64,000 nucleotides of DNA from Candidatus Fervidifonticultor secundus (lineage in GTDB: Bacteria > Sysuimicrobiota > Sysuimicrobiia > Sysuimicrobiales > Humicultoraceae): assembly GCA_031459385.1 (NCBI GenBank), contig JAVKIP010000012.1, positions 25,432-89,431 of the forward strand, in the 5' to 3' direction. The notes under the pieces were generated by a model. The model had not been told where the DNA came from, did not search any database, and was given only the letters and a program-made list of their open reading frames with translations. How positions within the stretch are numbered: position 1 is the first letter of the stretch; every line of letters begins with the position of its first letter. Positions 9,321-18,190 of this stretch are shown here, piece by piece. Position numbers and translations under genes: made by a program.

Positions 9321-10615
9321 GTGCTCTGCCCCGCCGTCCCTGCCCCAGACCCCTGCGGGGCCAGCGTCCGCGCCGGCACTGCGGCCTCTCGCGGCCAGAC
9401 GCCCACGTCGCGCGGGATGAGCCGGCCGCCCTGCACCACCAGGACCGGCGCGCGCAACACGCGGAGGTCGGCCAGCGGGTCGCCGCGCACCGCGACGACG
9501 TCCGCGAGCCGTCCCGGCTGCAGCGCACCGACCCGGTCCTGCCACCCCAGCACCGCGGCTGCGGCGGCCGTGGCGGCCCGGATCGCCACCGCCGCCGGTA
9601 CGCCGGCCTCGGCCATCAGCCCCAGGCCGTCGGCGAGGTCATCGGGCGAGAGCACCGGCTGGCCGCCGTAGTCGGTGCCGAACGCGATGGGCACGCCGGC
9701 GCTGCAGGCCAGGCGCAGCGTCGCCCTGCCGAGGTCCAGCGCCTCCGCCGCGGCCTGGGCGTCGGCCGGCGCGCAGCCGAGGGCGACGCCGCGGGTGGCG
9801 TAGCGCTCGCGCACCAGGAGGTCGCAGACCAGGGTGGTGCCGCGGCTCGCCATGGTCTCCGCGGTGGAGGCGTCGAGGCCGTAGCCGTGCTCGATGCTGT
9901 CCACGCCGGCGGCCACTGCGCGGCGGATCGCCTCCGCACCCACCGCGTGACAGGCCACGCGCAGTCCCATGCGGTGGGCCTCGTCCACCAGCGCCGCCAG
10001 TTCCTCCGGCGAGAAGTGCGGGACCATCGAGCGCGGCCCGCCCGAGGCCGCGATCTTGATGACGTCGGCGCCGGCCCGCACCATCTCGCGCACCGCCCGC
10101 CGGCAGTCGTCGGGGCCGTCGGCGAGCCGGCAGGACTCCCGCGCCCGCACCAGGCCTGCCGGCAGCCAGGCGCGGTCGCCCTGGCCACCGGTCTGGTAGA
10201 TGCCCTTGACCGCCACCTGCAGGCGCGGGCCCGGCACCTCCCCGGCAGCGATCGCCCGCTTCACGGCGACCGCCGCCTCGCTCCCCAGGTCGCGCGCGCT
10301 GGTGAACCCGGCTGCCAGGATCCGCGCGGCGTCCCGCGCGGCGCCGATGGCCCGCAGGCCGTCGCTCATCAGGACCCAGTCGGTGCGATTCAACGAGCGC
10401 CACCCGTCCAGGTGCAGGTGCGCGTCGATGAGTCCCGGCAGCAGCATGCACCCCGGGAGGTCGATGACGCGGGCGTCAGGCGGCGCCTGGGCGAGCGCCG
10501 TGGCTCCCACGGCAGCGATGCGCTCGCCGGCGACGAGCACGGCGCCCGGCCGCTGCGCCGGCGCGCCGGTGCCGTCCAGGTAGGCCTCGGCCCGCAGCAA
10601 CGTCGTCTCCGTCAC
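9317..10615 (-). CDS. Amidohydrolase-family protein (Xaa-Pro dipeptidase/carboxypeptidase-like)
   Basis: PGLIDAHLH, GFTSARDLG, GADVIKIAASGG, VACHA, SIEHG and FGTD motifs. Confidence 0.85.
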   Translation of the reverse strand: MTETTLLRAEAYLDGTGAPAQRPGAVLVAGERIAAVGATALAQAPPDARVIDLPGCMLLPGLIDAHLHLDGWRSLNRTDWVLMSDGLRAIGAARDAARILAAGFTSARDLGSEAAVAVKRAIAAGEVPGPRLQVAVKGIYQTGGQGDRAWLPAGLVRARESCRLADGPDDCRRAVREMVRAGADVIKIAASGGPRSMVPHFSPEELAALVDEAHRMGLRVACHAVGAEAIRRAVAAGVDSIEHGYGLDASTAETMASRGTTLVCDLLVRERYATRGVALGCAPADAQAAAEALDLGRATLRLACSAGVPIAFGTDYGGQPVLSPDDLADGLGLMAEAGVPAAVAIRAATAAAAAVLGWQDRVGALQPGRLADVVAVRGDPLADLRVLRAPVLVVQGGRLIPRDVGVWPREAAVPARTLAPQGSGAGTAGQST

Positions 10616-11439
10616 GTGACCCTCCGGCTGAGCTGCGCCACGCGCGCCAGGCCCAGCAGCCGGCTGCCCACCAGCAGCACCAGGAGCGCCAGCCCGATCT
10701 CCAGGCTGGAGACCGCGCCCACCAGGGGGTTGATGTCGTAGCGCAGCAGGTAGAAGAGCACGATGGGCAGCGGCCGCAGCCGGTCGCTGGCGGTGAACAG
10801 CGAGACCGTGAAGTTGTCGAAGGACAGCAGGAAAGCGAACGCAGCGCCCGCCGCGATCCCGGGCCAGAGCTGCGGCAGGACCACGTGCACGAACTTCTGG
10901 ACCTGGCTGGCCCCCAGGCCCTGCGCCGCCTCCTCGTAGGTGGGGTCGAGGGTCGCCAGGCGCGCGCTGGTCATGCTCACCACGAACGGCAGCGTGACCA
11001 CCACGTGGCTGACCACCAGCAGGGGGAACGACAGCGCCAGCCCCAGCAGCATGTAGAAGAAGAGCAGCCCGATGCCGATGACGATGCCCGGCAGCATCAG
11101 CGGCGACAAAATGAAGGTCAGCAGGGCCTCCCGGCCACGGAAGCGCGCCCTCGTCAGCGGGAACGCCGCCGGCACGCCCAGGAGCAGGTCGACGGCCACG
11201 ACCAGGGCGGCGAGCTTGAAGCTGAGGGCCGCCGCCTGCCGGACTTCCCAGTTGCCCGCCATCGCCGCATACCAGCGCAGCGACCACCCCTGGGGCGGGA
11301 ACGTGAGGAACTCCGAGGCGTTGAACGACGTGACGACGACCAGTACGCTGGGCGCCACCAGCGCCACCAGCGAGACGCCCGCCAGCAGCCCCAGGACGGC
11401 GGCCAGCAGCGCGTCGGCCGGCACCCGGCGCGCGCGCAT
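10612..11439 (-). CDS. ABC transporter permease, PotC-like
   Basis: FPPQGWSLRWY and an EAA loop (YEEAAQGLGAS). Confidence 0.9.
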   Translation of the reverse strand: MRARRVPADALLAAVLGLLAGVSLVALVAPSVLVVVTSFNASEFLTFPPQGWSLRWYAAMAGNWEVRQAAALSFKLAALVVAVDLLLGVPAAFPLTRARFRGREALLTFILSPLMLPGIVIGIGLLFFYMLLGLALSFPLLVVSHVVVTLPFVVSMTSARLATLDPTYEEAAQGLGASQVQKFVHVVLPQLWPGIAAGAAFAFLLSFDNFTVSLFTASDRLRPLPIVLFYLLRYDINPLVGAVSSLEIGLALLVLLVGSRLLGLARVAQLSRRVT

Positions 11440-11473
11440 CACGGGCGCCGGTCCCCCAGCAGCGCGAACGGCC

Positions 11474-12343
11474 TCACCGCATCCACCGCAGCAGCCGCGC
11501 CGTAGCGCGGTTGAACGCCCACAGCATCACCATGGCTGTCCCCAGCAACAGCGTGGCCAGCACGGCGCCGCTGTTCCACTGCAGCAGCGCCGAGATCTGC
11601 TCGAAGATGAACGTGGGGATGACGGCGAACGACCCGCCGCCCAGCAGTGCGGGCACTGCGAAGTTTGTGTACGAGATGACGAACACCAGCGCCGCGCCCG
11701 TGAGCACGCCGGGCAGGCTCAGGGGGACGATGACGTGGAAGAAGGTCTGGGCCCACGTGGCGCCCAGGCCCGCTGCTGCCTCCGTCAGGCTCCGGTCCTG
11801 CCCCTCCAGCGCCGCGATGATCGGCAAGATCATGAAGGGGAGCTGGATCTGCGTGAGCCCGATCAGCACCGCCGGCATCGTGTAGAGGATCTTCACCGGC
11901 TCGTCGATCACCCCGAGCCGGAGCAGGGCGGCGTTGAGCAGGCCCTTCTGACCGCCCAGGATGATCATCCAGCCGAACGTGCGCACCACCGCGTTGGTCA
12001 GCAGCGGGGCCAGAACCACCACGAGCAGCACCCCTCGGGCGAGGGGGCCCACACGGGTGAACAGATAGGCCACCGGATAGCCGAACAGCAGACACAGGCC
12101 CGTGGCGGCCAGTCCCATCCAGAACGTCCGCAGGAAGATCCGGTAGTAGAACGGATCGCCCAGCACCCGGGCGTAGTGGTCCAGGGTCCACGAGCCGGGT
12201 ACGACTCGCCCGCCGCGGATCTCCACCAGCCCGAACGCGAACAGCAGCACCAGCGGCACGGCCAGGAAGATCACGAGGTAGGCCACGGCCGGGGCGAGCA
12301 GCCCCTGCTGGCCCCACGCCGGGCTGCGCCGCGCGCGCGGCAT
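11474..12343 (-). CDS. ABC transporter permease, PotB-like
   Basis: VVRTFGWMIILG and LTEAAAGLGA motifs. Confidence 0.9.
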   Translation of the reverse strand: MPRARRSPAWGQQGLLAPAVAYLVIFLAVPLVLLFAFGLVEIRGGRVVPGSWTLDHYARVLGDPFYYRIFLRTFWMGLAATGLCLLFGYPVAYLFTRVGPLARGVLLVVVLAPLLTNAVVRTFGWMIILGGQKGLLNAALLRLGVIDEPVKILYTMPAVLIGLTQIQLPFMILPIIAALEGQDRSLTEAAAGLGATWAQTFFHVIVPLSLPGVLTGAALVFVISYTNFAVPALLGGGSFAVIPTFIFEQISALLQWNSGAVLATLLLGTAMVMLWAFNRATARLLRWMR

Positions 12344-12346
12344 CGG

Positions 12347-13396
12347 CTAGCGGGCGAACTCCCGGTTCCAGCGCTCGACGATGGCGGCGCGCCGGGGCAC
12401 CACCACCGGCCAGTTCACGGTCTGGAGCCGACGCACCTCGCCCAGCGTCGTCGGGATGTACTCGGCGGCCTCGGACGGCACCGGCACTTTGACGTTGGTG
12501 GGCCCGAAGAAGTACGGCTTGGCTGCCGCCCGGGTCTGGTACTCGACGCTCAGGACCCGATCGAGCAGCTCGTGCGCCAGCTGCGCGTGCTGGCTGCCCC
12601 GGAGGATGCTCAGGAACGAGATGATGGCGATGGCGCCCGGCTGCGGCTTGACGAACTTGATCGGCAGGCCCTTGCTGGCCAGCACGGCTGCGTCGGTGCT
12701 CCACAGCGGCCCGACCACGATCTCCTCGCGCTCGAACAGCTGGGCGAGGGCCGTGGGGTTGGGCGCGATGACGAACGGCTGCAGCTGCCTGAGCGCCTGC
12801 CAGGCCGGGTCCAGGTTCCCCTCGTCGCCGCCGTTGATCTTGGCGGTGGCGACCAGGAACCCCAGGCCCAGGTTCGAGGCCGTCGACGTGAGCCCCACCT
12901 TGCCCCGGTACGCCGGGTCCCAGAGGTCCTTCCACGAGGTGGGGGCCCTGCTGACCCGCCTGCTGTTGTAGGCGATGCCGATGAGCGAGTAGGTGGCGGG
13001 CACGCCATAGCCCTGACTCTTCTCGACGAACGCCTGGTGCACGTGCTTGAGGTTGGGCACCAGGTCGGGATTCGTCCGCTCCAGCAGGCCGAGCCCGATC
13101 AGGCGCAGGTGCGGCGGCTCCCCGTTCGGCGCCAGGTCCACCGGGGAGGGCCGGCCGGCGGCGACGGCCGCCTGCACCCGCGCCACGTACTCCCCGGCCT
13201 CGTCGGGCACCAGCCGCACGCGCGTGCCGGGATGCGCGCGCTCGAACGGCTCCACCAGGAAGAACCGGTGCGGCTCCTGGGACGGCCCTGCATAGCTGAT
13301 CATTACGATCTCGCCGCCCTGGCCTCGCGCCGGCGGCGTCCCCACTGCGCCGGCGATGGCGACGACGCCCAGCACCAGCAGCGCGCTCTGCCTCAT
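12347..13396 (-). CDS. ABC transporter substrate-binding protein (paralog of 3971..5017)
   Basis: Signal peptide MRQSALLVLGVVAIA; GIAYNS..PTSWKDLW and YFFGPTN; ATG overlaps the gntR stop. Confidence 0.9.
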   Translation of the reverse strand: MRQSALLVLGVVAIAGAVGTPPARGQGGEIVMISYAGPSQEPHRFFLVEPFERAHPGTRVRLVPDEAGEYVARVQAAVAAGRPSPVDLAPNGEPPHLRLIGLGLLERTNPDLVPNLKHVHQAFVEKSQGYGVPATYSLIGIAYNSRRVSRAPTSWKDLWDPAYRGKVGLTSTASNLGLGFLVATAKINGGDEGNLDPAWQALRQLQPFVIAPNPTALAQLFEREEIVVGPLWSTDAAVLASKGLPIKFVKPQPGAIAIISFLSILRGSQHAQLAHELLDRVLSVEYQTRAAAKPYFFGPTNVKVPVPSEAAEYIPTTLGEVRRLQTVNWPVVVPRRAAIVERWNREFAR

Positions 13397-14238
13397 CCGA
13401 CTCCCTCCTCCACGGGGGGCGATAATCCGCCGCCCCTGCGGTCGTCTGACGCGCGGGTCCCGATGAACCGGAACACGTTGGCCACAAACCGGAACCGATC
13501 GCCGCGGAAGATGGCGTCGGTGGCCTCGATGGGCACGTCGCCTTCCAGGAACGTCATGCCCTCCAGGCGGAACAGCGGCGCGCCCCGGGGCACCTCCAGC
13601 AGTCGGGCGAGCCGGCTGGTGGCGACGATGGGCGAAATCCACCGCTCCTCGCGGAACAGGTGCAGCCCCAGGGTGTTCTCCAGCACGTCGTAGAACGACG
13701 CGTGCTCCAGCGGGAGCTGCGCCAGGCGGCGGCCGACGGCCTCGGGGAAGAGCGAGGTCGCCATGCACGCCGGCATGCCGTCCACGAAGCGCAGGCGGGT
13801 GATACGGACGTACCGGGTGGGCTCATCGGGCGCGCGGCCGAACCGCTGATTCAGGGTCGGAGTGCCGGCGATCTCCTGGATGCCCAGGATCCGCGAGCGC
13901 ACCACCAGCCCCTGCCGGGCCATCTCGCGGGTGAACGAGACCAGGTTGGTGAGACGGCGCTCGATGGGCGGCCCGGTCACGAACGTGCCCTTGCCCTGCA
14001 TGCGGGTGACGATGCCATCTCGCGCCAGGTCGTGGAGCGCCTTGGTCACGGTGATGTGGCTGACGCCGAAACGCTCGCAGAGGTCCTGCGTGGGCGGCAG
14101 GCGATCCCCCGGGCGCAGGAGGCCGGTGGCGATCATGCCCGTGATGGACTGCTTGATCTGCTCGTAGAGGGGCCGGCCGATGCCGCGCTTCAACGACGGC
14201 TGTGGGCTGCCAGTGGACACTGATGCGCCTGTTGCCAT
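13393..14238 (-). CDS. GntR-family (HutC/UTRA) transcriptional regulator
   Basis: PLYEQIK, LRPGDRLP, FGVSHITVTKAL and QGKGTFV, followed by a UTRA-like domain (SFTREM...FRGDRFRF). Confidence 0.92.
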   Translation of the reverse strand: MATGASVSTGSPQPSLKRGIGRPLYEQIKQSITGMIATGLLRPGDRLPPTQDLCERFGVSHITVTKALHDLARDGIVTRMQGKGTFVTGPPIERRLTNLVSFTREMARQGLVVRSRILGIQEIAGTPTLNQRFGRAPDEPTRYVRITRLRFVDGMPACMATSLFPEAVGRRLAQLPLEHASFYDVLENTLGLHLFREERWISPIVATSRLARLLEVPRGAPLFRLEGMTFLEGDVPIEATDAIFRGDRFRFVANVFRFIGTRASDDRRGGGLSPPVEEGVG

Positions 14239-14255
14239 GTTTATATGTCAACATG
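14236..14255. promoter_or_regulatory. Candidate GntR operator (AT-rich palindrome)
   Basis: CATGTT-tatatgtc-AACATG inverted repeat over the gntR start, in an otherwise very GC-rich background and just downstream of the candidate promoter at 14273..14300. Confidence 0.55.
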
Positions 14256-14272
14256 AAAACTTCGGTACTGCA

Positions 14273-14300
14273 CTTCCCCGGACCTGGTCCGATCTCCTTC
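14273..14300 (-). promoter_or_regulatory. Candidate sigma-H-like promoter for the gntR-ABC operon
   Basis: GAAGGA-N18-GAAG on the minus strand; the same spaced motif recurs before many genes in the window. Confidence 0.45.
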
Positions 14301-14308
14301 TCTGCCGG

Positions 14309-15688
14309 TCAGGTTGCGCCGTGCGGGCTGGACGGGCCGGCGTGTAGCCACTGGCCGGCGGGCGCGCCCGTCACCGCGCCGTCGCGCACCACCGTCCGGC
14401 CGCGCACCAGGACCCGCTCGACCCAGCCCTGCAGCTCGCGGCCGACGAACGGCGACTGCCGGTGTCGGGACTGCAGCCAGGCCGCCTCCACCCGCCAGCG
14501 CCGGTCCAGGTCCACGAGCACGAGATCGGCGTCGGCCCCGACCTGGATGGCGCCCTTGCGCGGCCATAGGCCGGCGATCCTGGCGGGGTTCGCCGACAGG
14601 AGCGCCGCGAGCTGCTCGAGGGACAGGTGGCGACGGTGGTGGCCCTCGGTCAGCATCAGGGGAAGGAGGGTCTGCACGCCCGTGATCCCGCCCCACGCCT
14701 GCCAGACGTCGTCGGCGCCGCGCGTCTTGTCTTCCACCGGACATGGAGAGTGGTCGGAGGTGATGCAGTCGATCTTCCCGGCGGCCACCGCCTCCCACAG
14801 GCCCTGCTGGCGCGCCGCATCCCTCAGCGGCGGCGCGCACTTGGCCACCGGACCCAGGCGCACGAAGTCCTCCTCCGTCAGCGCCAGGTAATGGGCGCAG
14901 GTTTCGACGGTGACCGCCTGGCCCGCGGCGCGCGCGGCGCCGATCAGTTCCGCGCCCTCGGGAAGGCTCATGTGGACGATGTGCAGCCGGCACCCGGCCT
15001 GCCGCGCCAGGAACAGGGCGCGGTGGATCGCCTCCAGCTCGGCCACGGGCGGCCGCGCCTCGCCCCAGGCCCGACGATCGCGGCGTCCCGAAGCCTGCAG
15101 CCGGCGGGTGCGGTCCTGCGTGATCGCGTTGCTCTCGGCGTGCACGGCCAGGAACCGGCCCAGCGCTGCCAGCCGCTGCAAGCCGTCGAAGAGCACGCCG
15201 TCCTCGACGTGGGTGAACTCCTCGGTGCTGCTGTGGCTCATGAACGCCTTGAACCCGATCACCCCCGCGCCGGCGAGGGCGGTCAGGTGGTCGCGGTTGT
15301 CGGTGATCAGCCCGCCCCAGAGCGCATAGTCCACCATGGACTGCCCCGCAGCCGCAGCGAGCTTGGCCTGCAGGGCGTCGACGGTGGTAACCGGGGGCAG
15401 GCAGTTCAGGGGCATCTCGACCACGGTCGTCACCCCGCCGGCGGCGGCGGCGCGGCTGCCCGGCCCCCAGCCCTCCCAGTGCGTGCGGCCCGGGTCGTTG
15501 AAGTGTACGTGCAGGTCCACAGCGCCGGGCAGGACGACGCGGCCTGCCGCGTCGATCACCTCGTCGCCATCGAGGAGACCCTCGGCGATGGCAGCGATGC
15601 GCCCGCCGGTGACGCCGAGGGTGGCCGAGATCACGCCAGAGGGCAGCACAAGCCGCCCGCCCCGGACGACGAGGTCGTAGCCCATCAC
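14309..15688 (-). CDS. allB: Allantoinase
   Basis: DLHVHFNDPGRTHWEG, VEMPLNCLPP, GFKAFM, ETCAHYL, KCAPPLR, SDHSP and AWGGI motifs; purine catabolism context. Confidence 0.88.
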   Translation of the reverse strand: MMGYDLVVRGGRLVLPSGVISATLGVTGGRIAAIAEGLLDGDEVIDAAGRVVLPGAVDLHVHFNDPGRTHWEGWGPGSRAAAAGGVTTVVEMPLNCLPPVTTVDALQAKLAAAAGQSMVDYALWGGLITDNRDHLTALAGAGVIGFKAFMSHSSTEEFTHVEDGVLFDGLQRLAALGRFLAVHAESNAITQDRTRRLQASGRRDRRAWGEARPPVAELEAIHRALFLARQAGCRLHIVHMSLPEGAELIGAARAAGQAVTVETCAHYLALTEEDFVRLGPVAKCAPPLRDAARQQGLWEAVAAGKIDCITSDHSPCPVEDKTRGADDVWQAWGGITGVQTLLPLMLTEGHHRRHLSLEQLAALLSANPARIAGLWPRKGAIQVGADADLVLVDLDRRWRVEAAWLQSRHRQSPFVGRELQGWVERVLVRGRTVVRDGAVTGAPAGQWLHAGPSSPHGAT

Positions 15689-15714
15689 GCTGCCGTCCTC
15701 AGGCGCGCCCGCAT

Positions 15715-15788
15715 CAGGGCACCCTGGCACCAGGGCTCACGGGCGCAAGGGCTCACCGGCACAAGGGCTCACGGACGCCAGGGCTCAC
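15715..15788. repeat. Intergenic degenerate tandem repeat, 16-bp period, about 4.5 copies
   Basis: cagggcaccctggcac / cagggctcacgggcgc / aagggctcaccggcac / aagggctcacggacgc / cagggctcac. Confidence 0.8.
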
Positions 15789-18190
15789 GTCTCGCCCATC
15801 AGCTCGCCCTGGCCCGCGGCCAGGCCGGCCAGCTTCGGGATCGGGATGGGCCAGGGGACATCAGGCGCCGGCGGCGGGCCTCCAGAGGCGGCCGGCGGAC
15901 TGAGCCCGACCAGGTCGTCGGGCCGCACGGGCACGCGGTTGAGGGTGCGGCCGGTGGCGTCGCGCAGCGCGGCCACGATCGCCGCGGTCGAGACGACGGT
16001 GGACGGCTCCCCCACCCCCTTGGCGCCGAACGGCACGCCGGGCTCGGGCTCTTCCACCAGCACGCTGATCACCGGCGGCATGTCGAGGATGGTGGGGATC
16101 AGGTAGTCGGTGAACGAGGCGTTGCGGATCACCCCGTCGCGCAGCTGGAGCTCCTCCATGAGCGCCAGGCCCAGGCCCTGCGCCGTACCGCCCTCGATCT
16201 GCCCCAGGACGGCCTGGGGGTTGAGAGCGCGGCCGACGTCCTGCGCGGCCGCGATCTGCACCACGCGCACCAGGCCCAACTCCAGATCGACGTCGACCAC
16301 GGCCCGCTGCGCCGCGAACGCGAACGTCACGTGCGGGGAGCCCTGGCCCCGGCGGTCCAGGGGCGTGGTACGCCGGTGATGGTAGGTGCGGGTGGCCGCG
16401 AGGGGTTCGTCGAGGAACGCGGCGATTGGCGCCAGCGGCGCATCCCCAGCCAGGACCATGCCGTCGGCGAGGGCCAAGTCGGCCGGCGCCGCGCGGCCCT
16501 CCGCCTCGAGCCGCGCGCGGACGCGCTGGAAGAGGCCCTCGCGTACCGCCTGACAGGCCAGCTGGACCGCCCCGCCGGACATCATCGTCTGGCGCGATGC
16601 GGAACTGGAGCCGGCCGAGCCGATCCAGGTGTCGGCGGGGTGCAGGACGACGTGTTCTACCCCCAGTTCGGTCCGCGCGATCTGCGCCAGGATCGTGTGC
16701 ACGCCCTGGCCGAGCTCGGCGGCCGCCGTGCGGATCTCGACCACCGGCCCGGCGGAGCCGGCGAAGAGCGTCACCCGCGCCTGGGCGGCGTCGTCGAAGC
16801 CCTCGCTGTAGGCGATGTTCTTGTACCCCACGGCGATGCCGACCCCGCGGCGCACGCTCTCGCCGCGCGAGACGCCGCCGGCGCCGCCGGGCAGCGCCAG
16901 GGGATCCGGGCAGCTGGCCGCCGGTGGGTCCTCCGGCAGCGGGATCGCCATCACCCGCTCGATGAGCTCGCGGACGGGTGCGCTGCCCTGGACGACCTGG
17001 CCGGTCGGCAGCACCGAGCCCGTTCGCAGCGCGTTGCGCAGGCGCAGGGCCACCGGGTCCAGGCCGAGCGCCCGGGCCAGTCTGTCCATCTGGGCCTCGT
17101 GGGCGACGCACACTTGCACCGCGCCGAAGCCGCGCATCGCCCCACACGGCGGGTTGTGGGTGTAGACGGCCGTGCCCTCGATGAGCGCGTTCGGCACCTC
17201 GTAGGGACCGGCGGCGAACGTCGAGGCGTTGCCGATCACCGCCGCCGACGACGACGCGTAGGCGCCGCCATCGATCAGGATGCGCGCGTGGACGCACACC
17301 AGCCTGCCGTCACGGGTCGCGCCGTGCCGCATCCAGATCCGCGCGGGGTGCCGGTGCACGTGGCCGAAGAACGACTCCTGGCGGCTGTACGACATCTTGA
17401 CCGGGCGGCCCGTGCGCAGCGCCAGCAGGCACGCGTGGATGTGCATGCTGACGTCCTCGCGGGCCCCGAAGGCGCCACCCACCCCCGCCAGGTGCAGGCG
17501 GACCTTCTCTAGCGGCAGGCCCAGACACGGCGCGATCTGGTGGCGGTCGACGTGCAGCCACTGCGTCGCCACGTAGAGGTCCACGCCGCCGTCGGCCGCC
17601 GGCATCGCCAGCCCGGCCTCGGGCCCCAGCGGCGCCTGATCCTGCACCCCCATCTCGTAGTAGCCCTCGACCCACACCTCTGCCGGTGCCGCGGGGTCGC
17701 CGTGCTCGATGCGAATGTGCCGCAGGACGTTGCCGAAGTCGTGCACCCGTGGCGCGTCGGCCCGCAGCGCCTGCTCCATGTCGGTGACGGCCGGGAGCAC
17801 CTCGTACTCGACGACGATGCGCTCGGCGGCCCGGCGCGCCGTCTCCAGGTCTGCGGCCGCCAGCACCGCGACCGGCTCGCCGGCGAAGCGCACCCGGTCC
17901 CAGGCCAGGACCGGCTGGTCTGCGAACTCGAGCCCGTAGGTCTTCTTGCCCGGCACGTCGGCGGCCAGGAGCACCGCCGCCACCCCGGGGGCGGCCAGGG
18001 CCCCGGAGATGTCGATCGACCGGATCCGCGCGTGCGGGTGCGGGCTGCGCACCGTGTAGCCCCACAGCATGCCCTCGGCCCACAGGTCGCTGGCGTAGAG
18101 GAACTGGCCCCGGACCTTGGGGACGCCGTCGATGCGGCGCGCGCTGGTCCCGACACCACCGCGGGTGGCGGCAACGGTCCGCACCGTCAT
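15785..18190 (-). CDS. pucD: Xanthine dehydrogenase molybdopterin-binding subunit
   Basis: GVGGAFGAREDVS, AMRGFGAVQ, SSASRQT and GAKGVGE motifs. Confidence 0.9.
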   Translation of the reverse strand: MTVRTVAATRGGVGTSARRIDGVPKVRGQFLYASDLWAEGMLWGYTVRSPHPHARIRSIDISGALAAPGVAAVLLAADVPGKKTYGLEFADQPVLAWDRVRFAGEPVAVLAAADLETARRAAERIVVEYEVLPAVTDMEQALRADAPRVHDFGNVLRHIRIEHGDPAAPAEVWVEGYYEMGVQDQAPLGPEAGLAMPAADGGVDLYVATQWLHVDRHQIAPCLGLPLEKVRLHLAGVGGAFGAREDVSMHIHACLLALRTGRPVKMSYSRQESFFGHVHRHPARIWMRHGATRDGRLVCVHARILIDGGAYASSSAAVIGNASTFAAGPYEVPNALIEGTAVYTHNPPCGAMRGFGAVQVCVAHEAQMDRLARALGLDPVALRLRNALRTGSVLPTGQVVQGSAPVRELIERVMAIPLPEDPPAASCPDPLALPGGAGGVSRGESVRRGVGIAVGYKNIAYSEGFDDAAQARVTLFAGSAGPVVEIRTAAAELGQGVHTILAQIARTELGVEHVVLHPADTWIGSAGSSSASRQTMMSGGAVQLACQAVREGLFQRVRARLEAEGRAAPADLALADGMVLAGDAPLAPIAAFLDEPLAATRTYHHRRTTPLDRRGQGSPHVTFAFAAQRAVVDVDLELGLVRVVQIAAAQDVGRALNPQAVLGQIEGGTAQGLGLALMEELQLRDGVIRNASFTDYLIPTILDMPPVISVLVEEPEPGVPFGAKGVGEPSTVVSTAAIVAALRDATGRTLNRVPVRPDDLVGLSPPAASGGPPPAPDVPWPIPIPKLAGLAAGQGELMGET

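Noticed and set aside
15715..15788. Repeat array as a CRISPR
   Set aside because: The constant part is about 10 bp with 6-bp linkers, and no cas genes are present.
7062..17512. Long plus-strand ORFs (7062..9671, 11072..13693, 14627..17512) and similar ones such as 53977..56727 (-)
   Set aside because: Antisense shadows of real genes in a high-GC genome, with no recognisable motifs.
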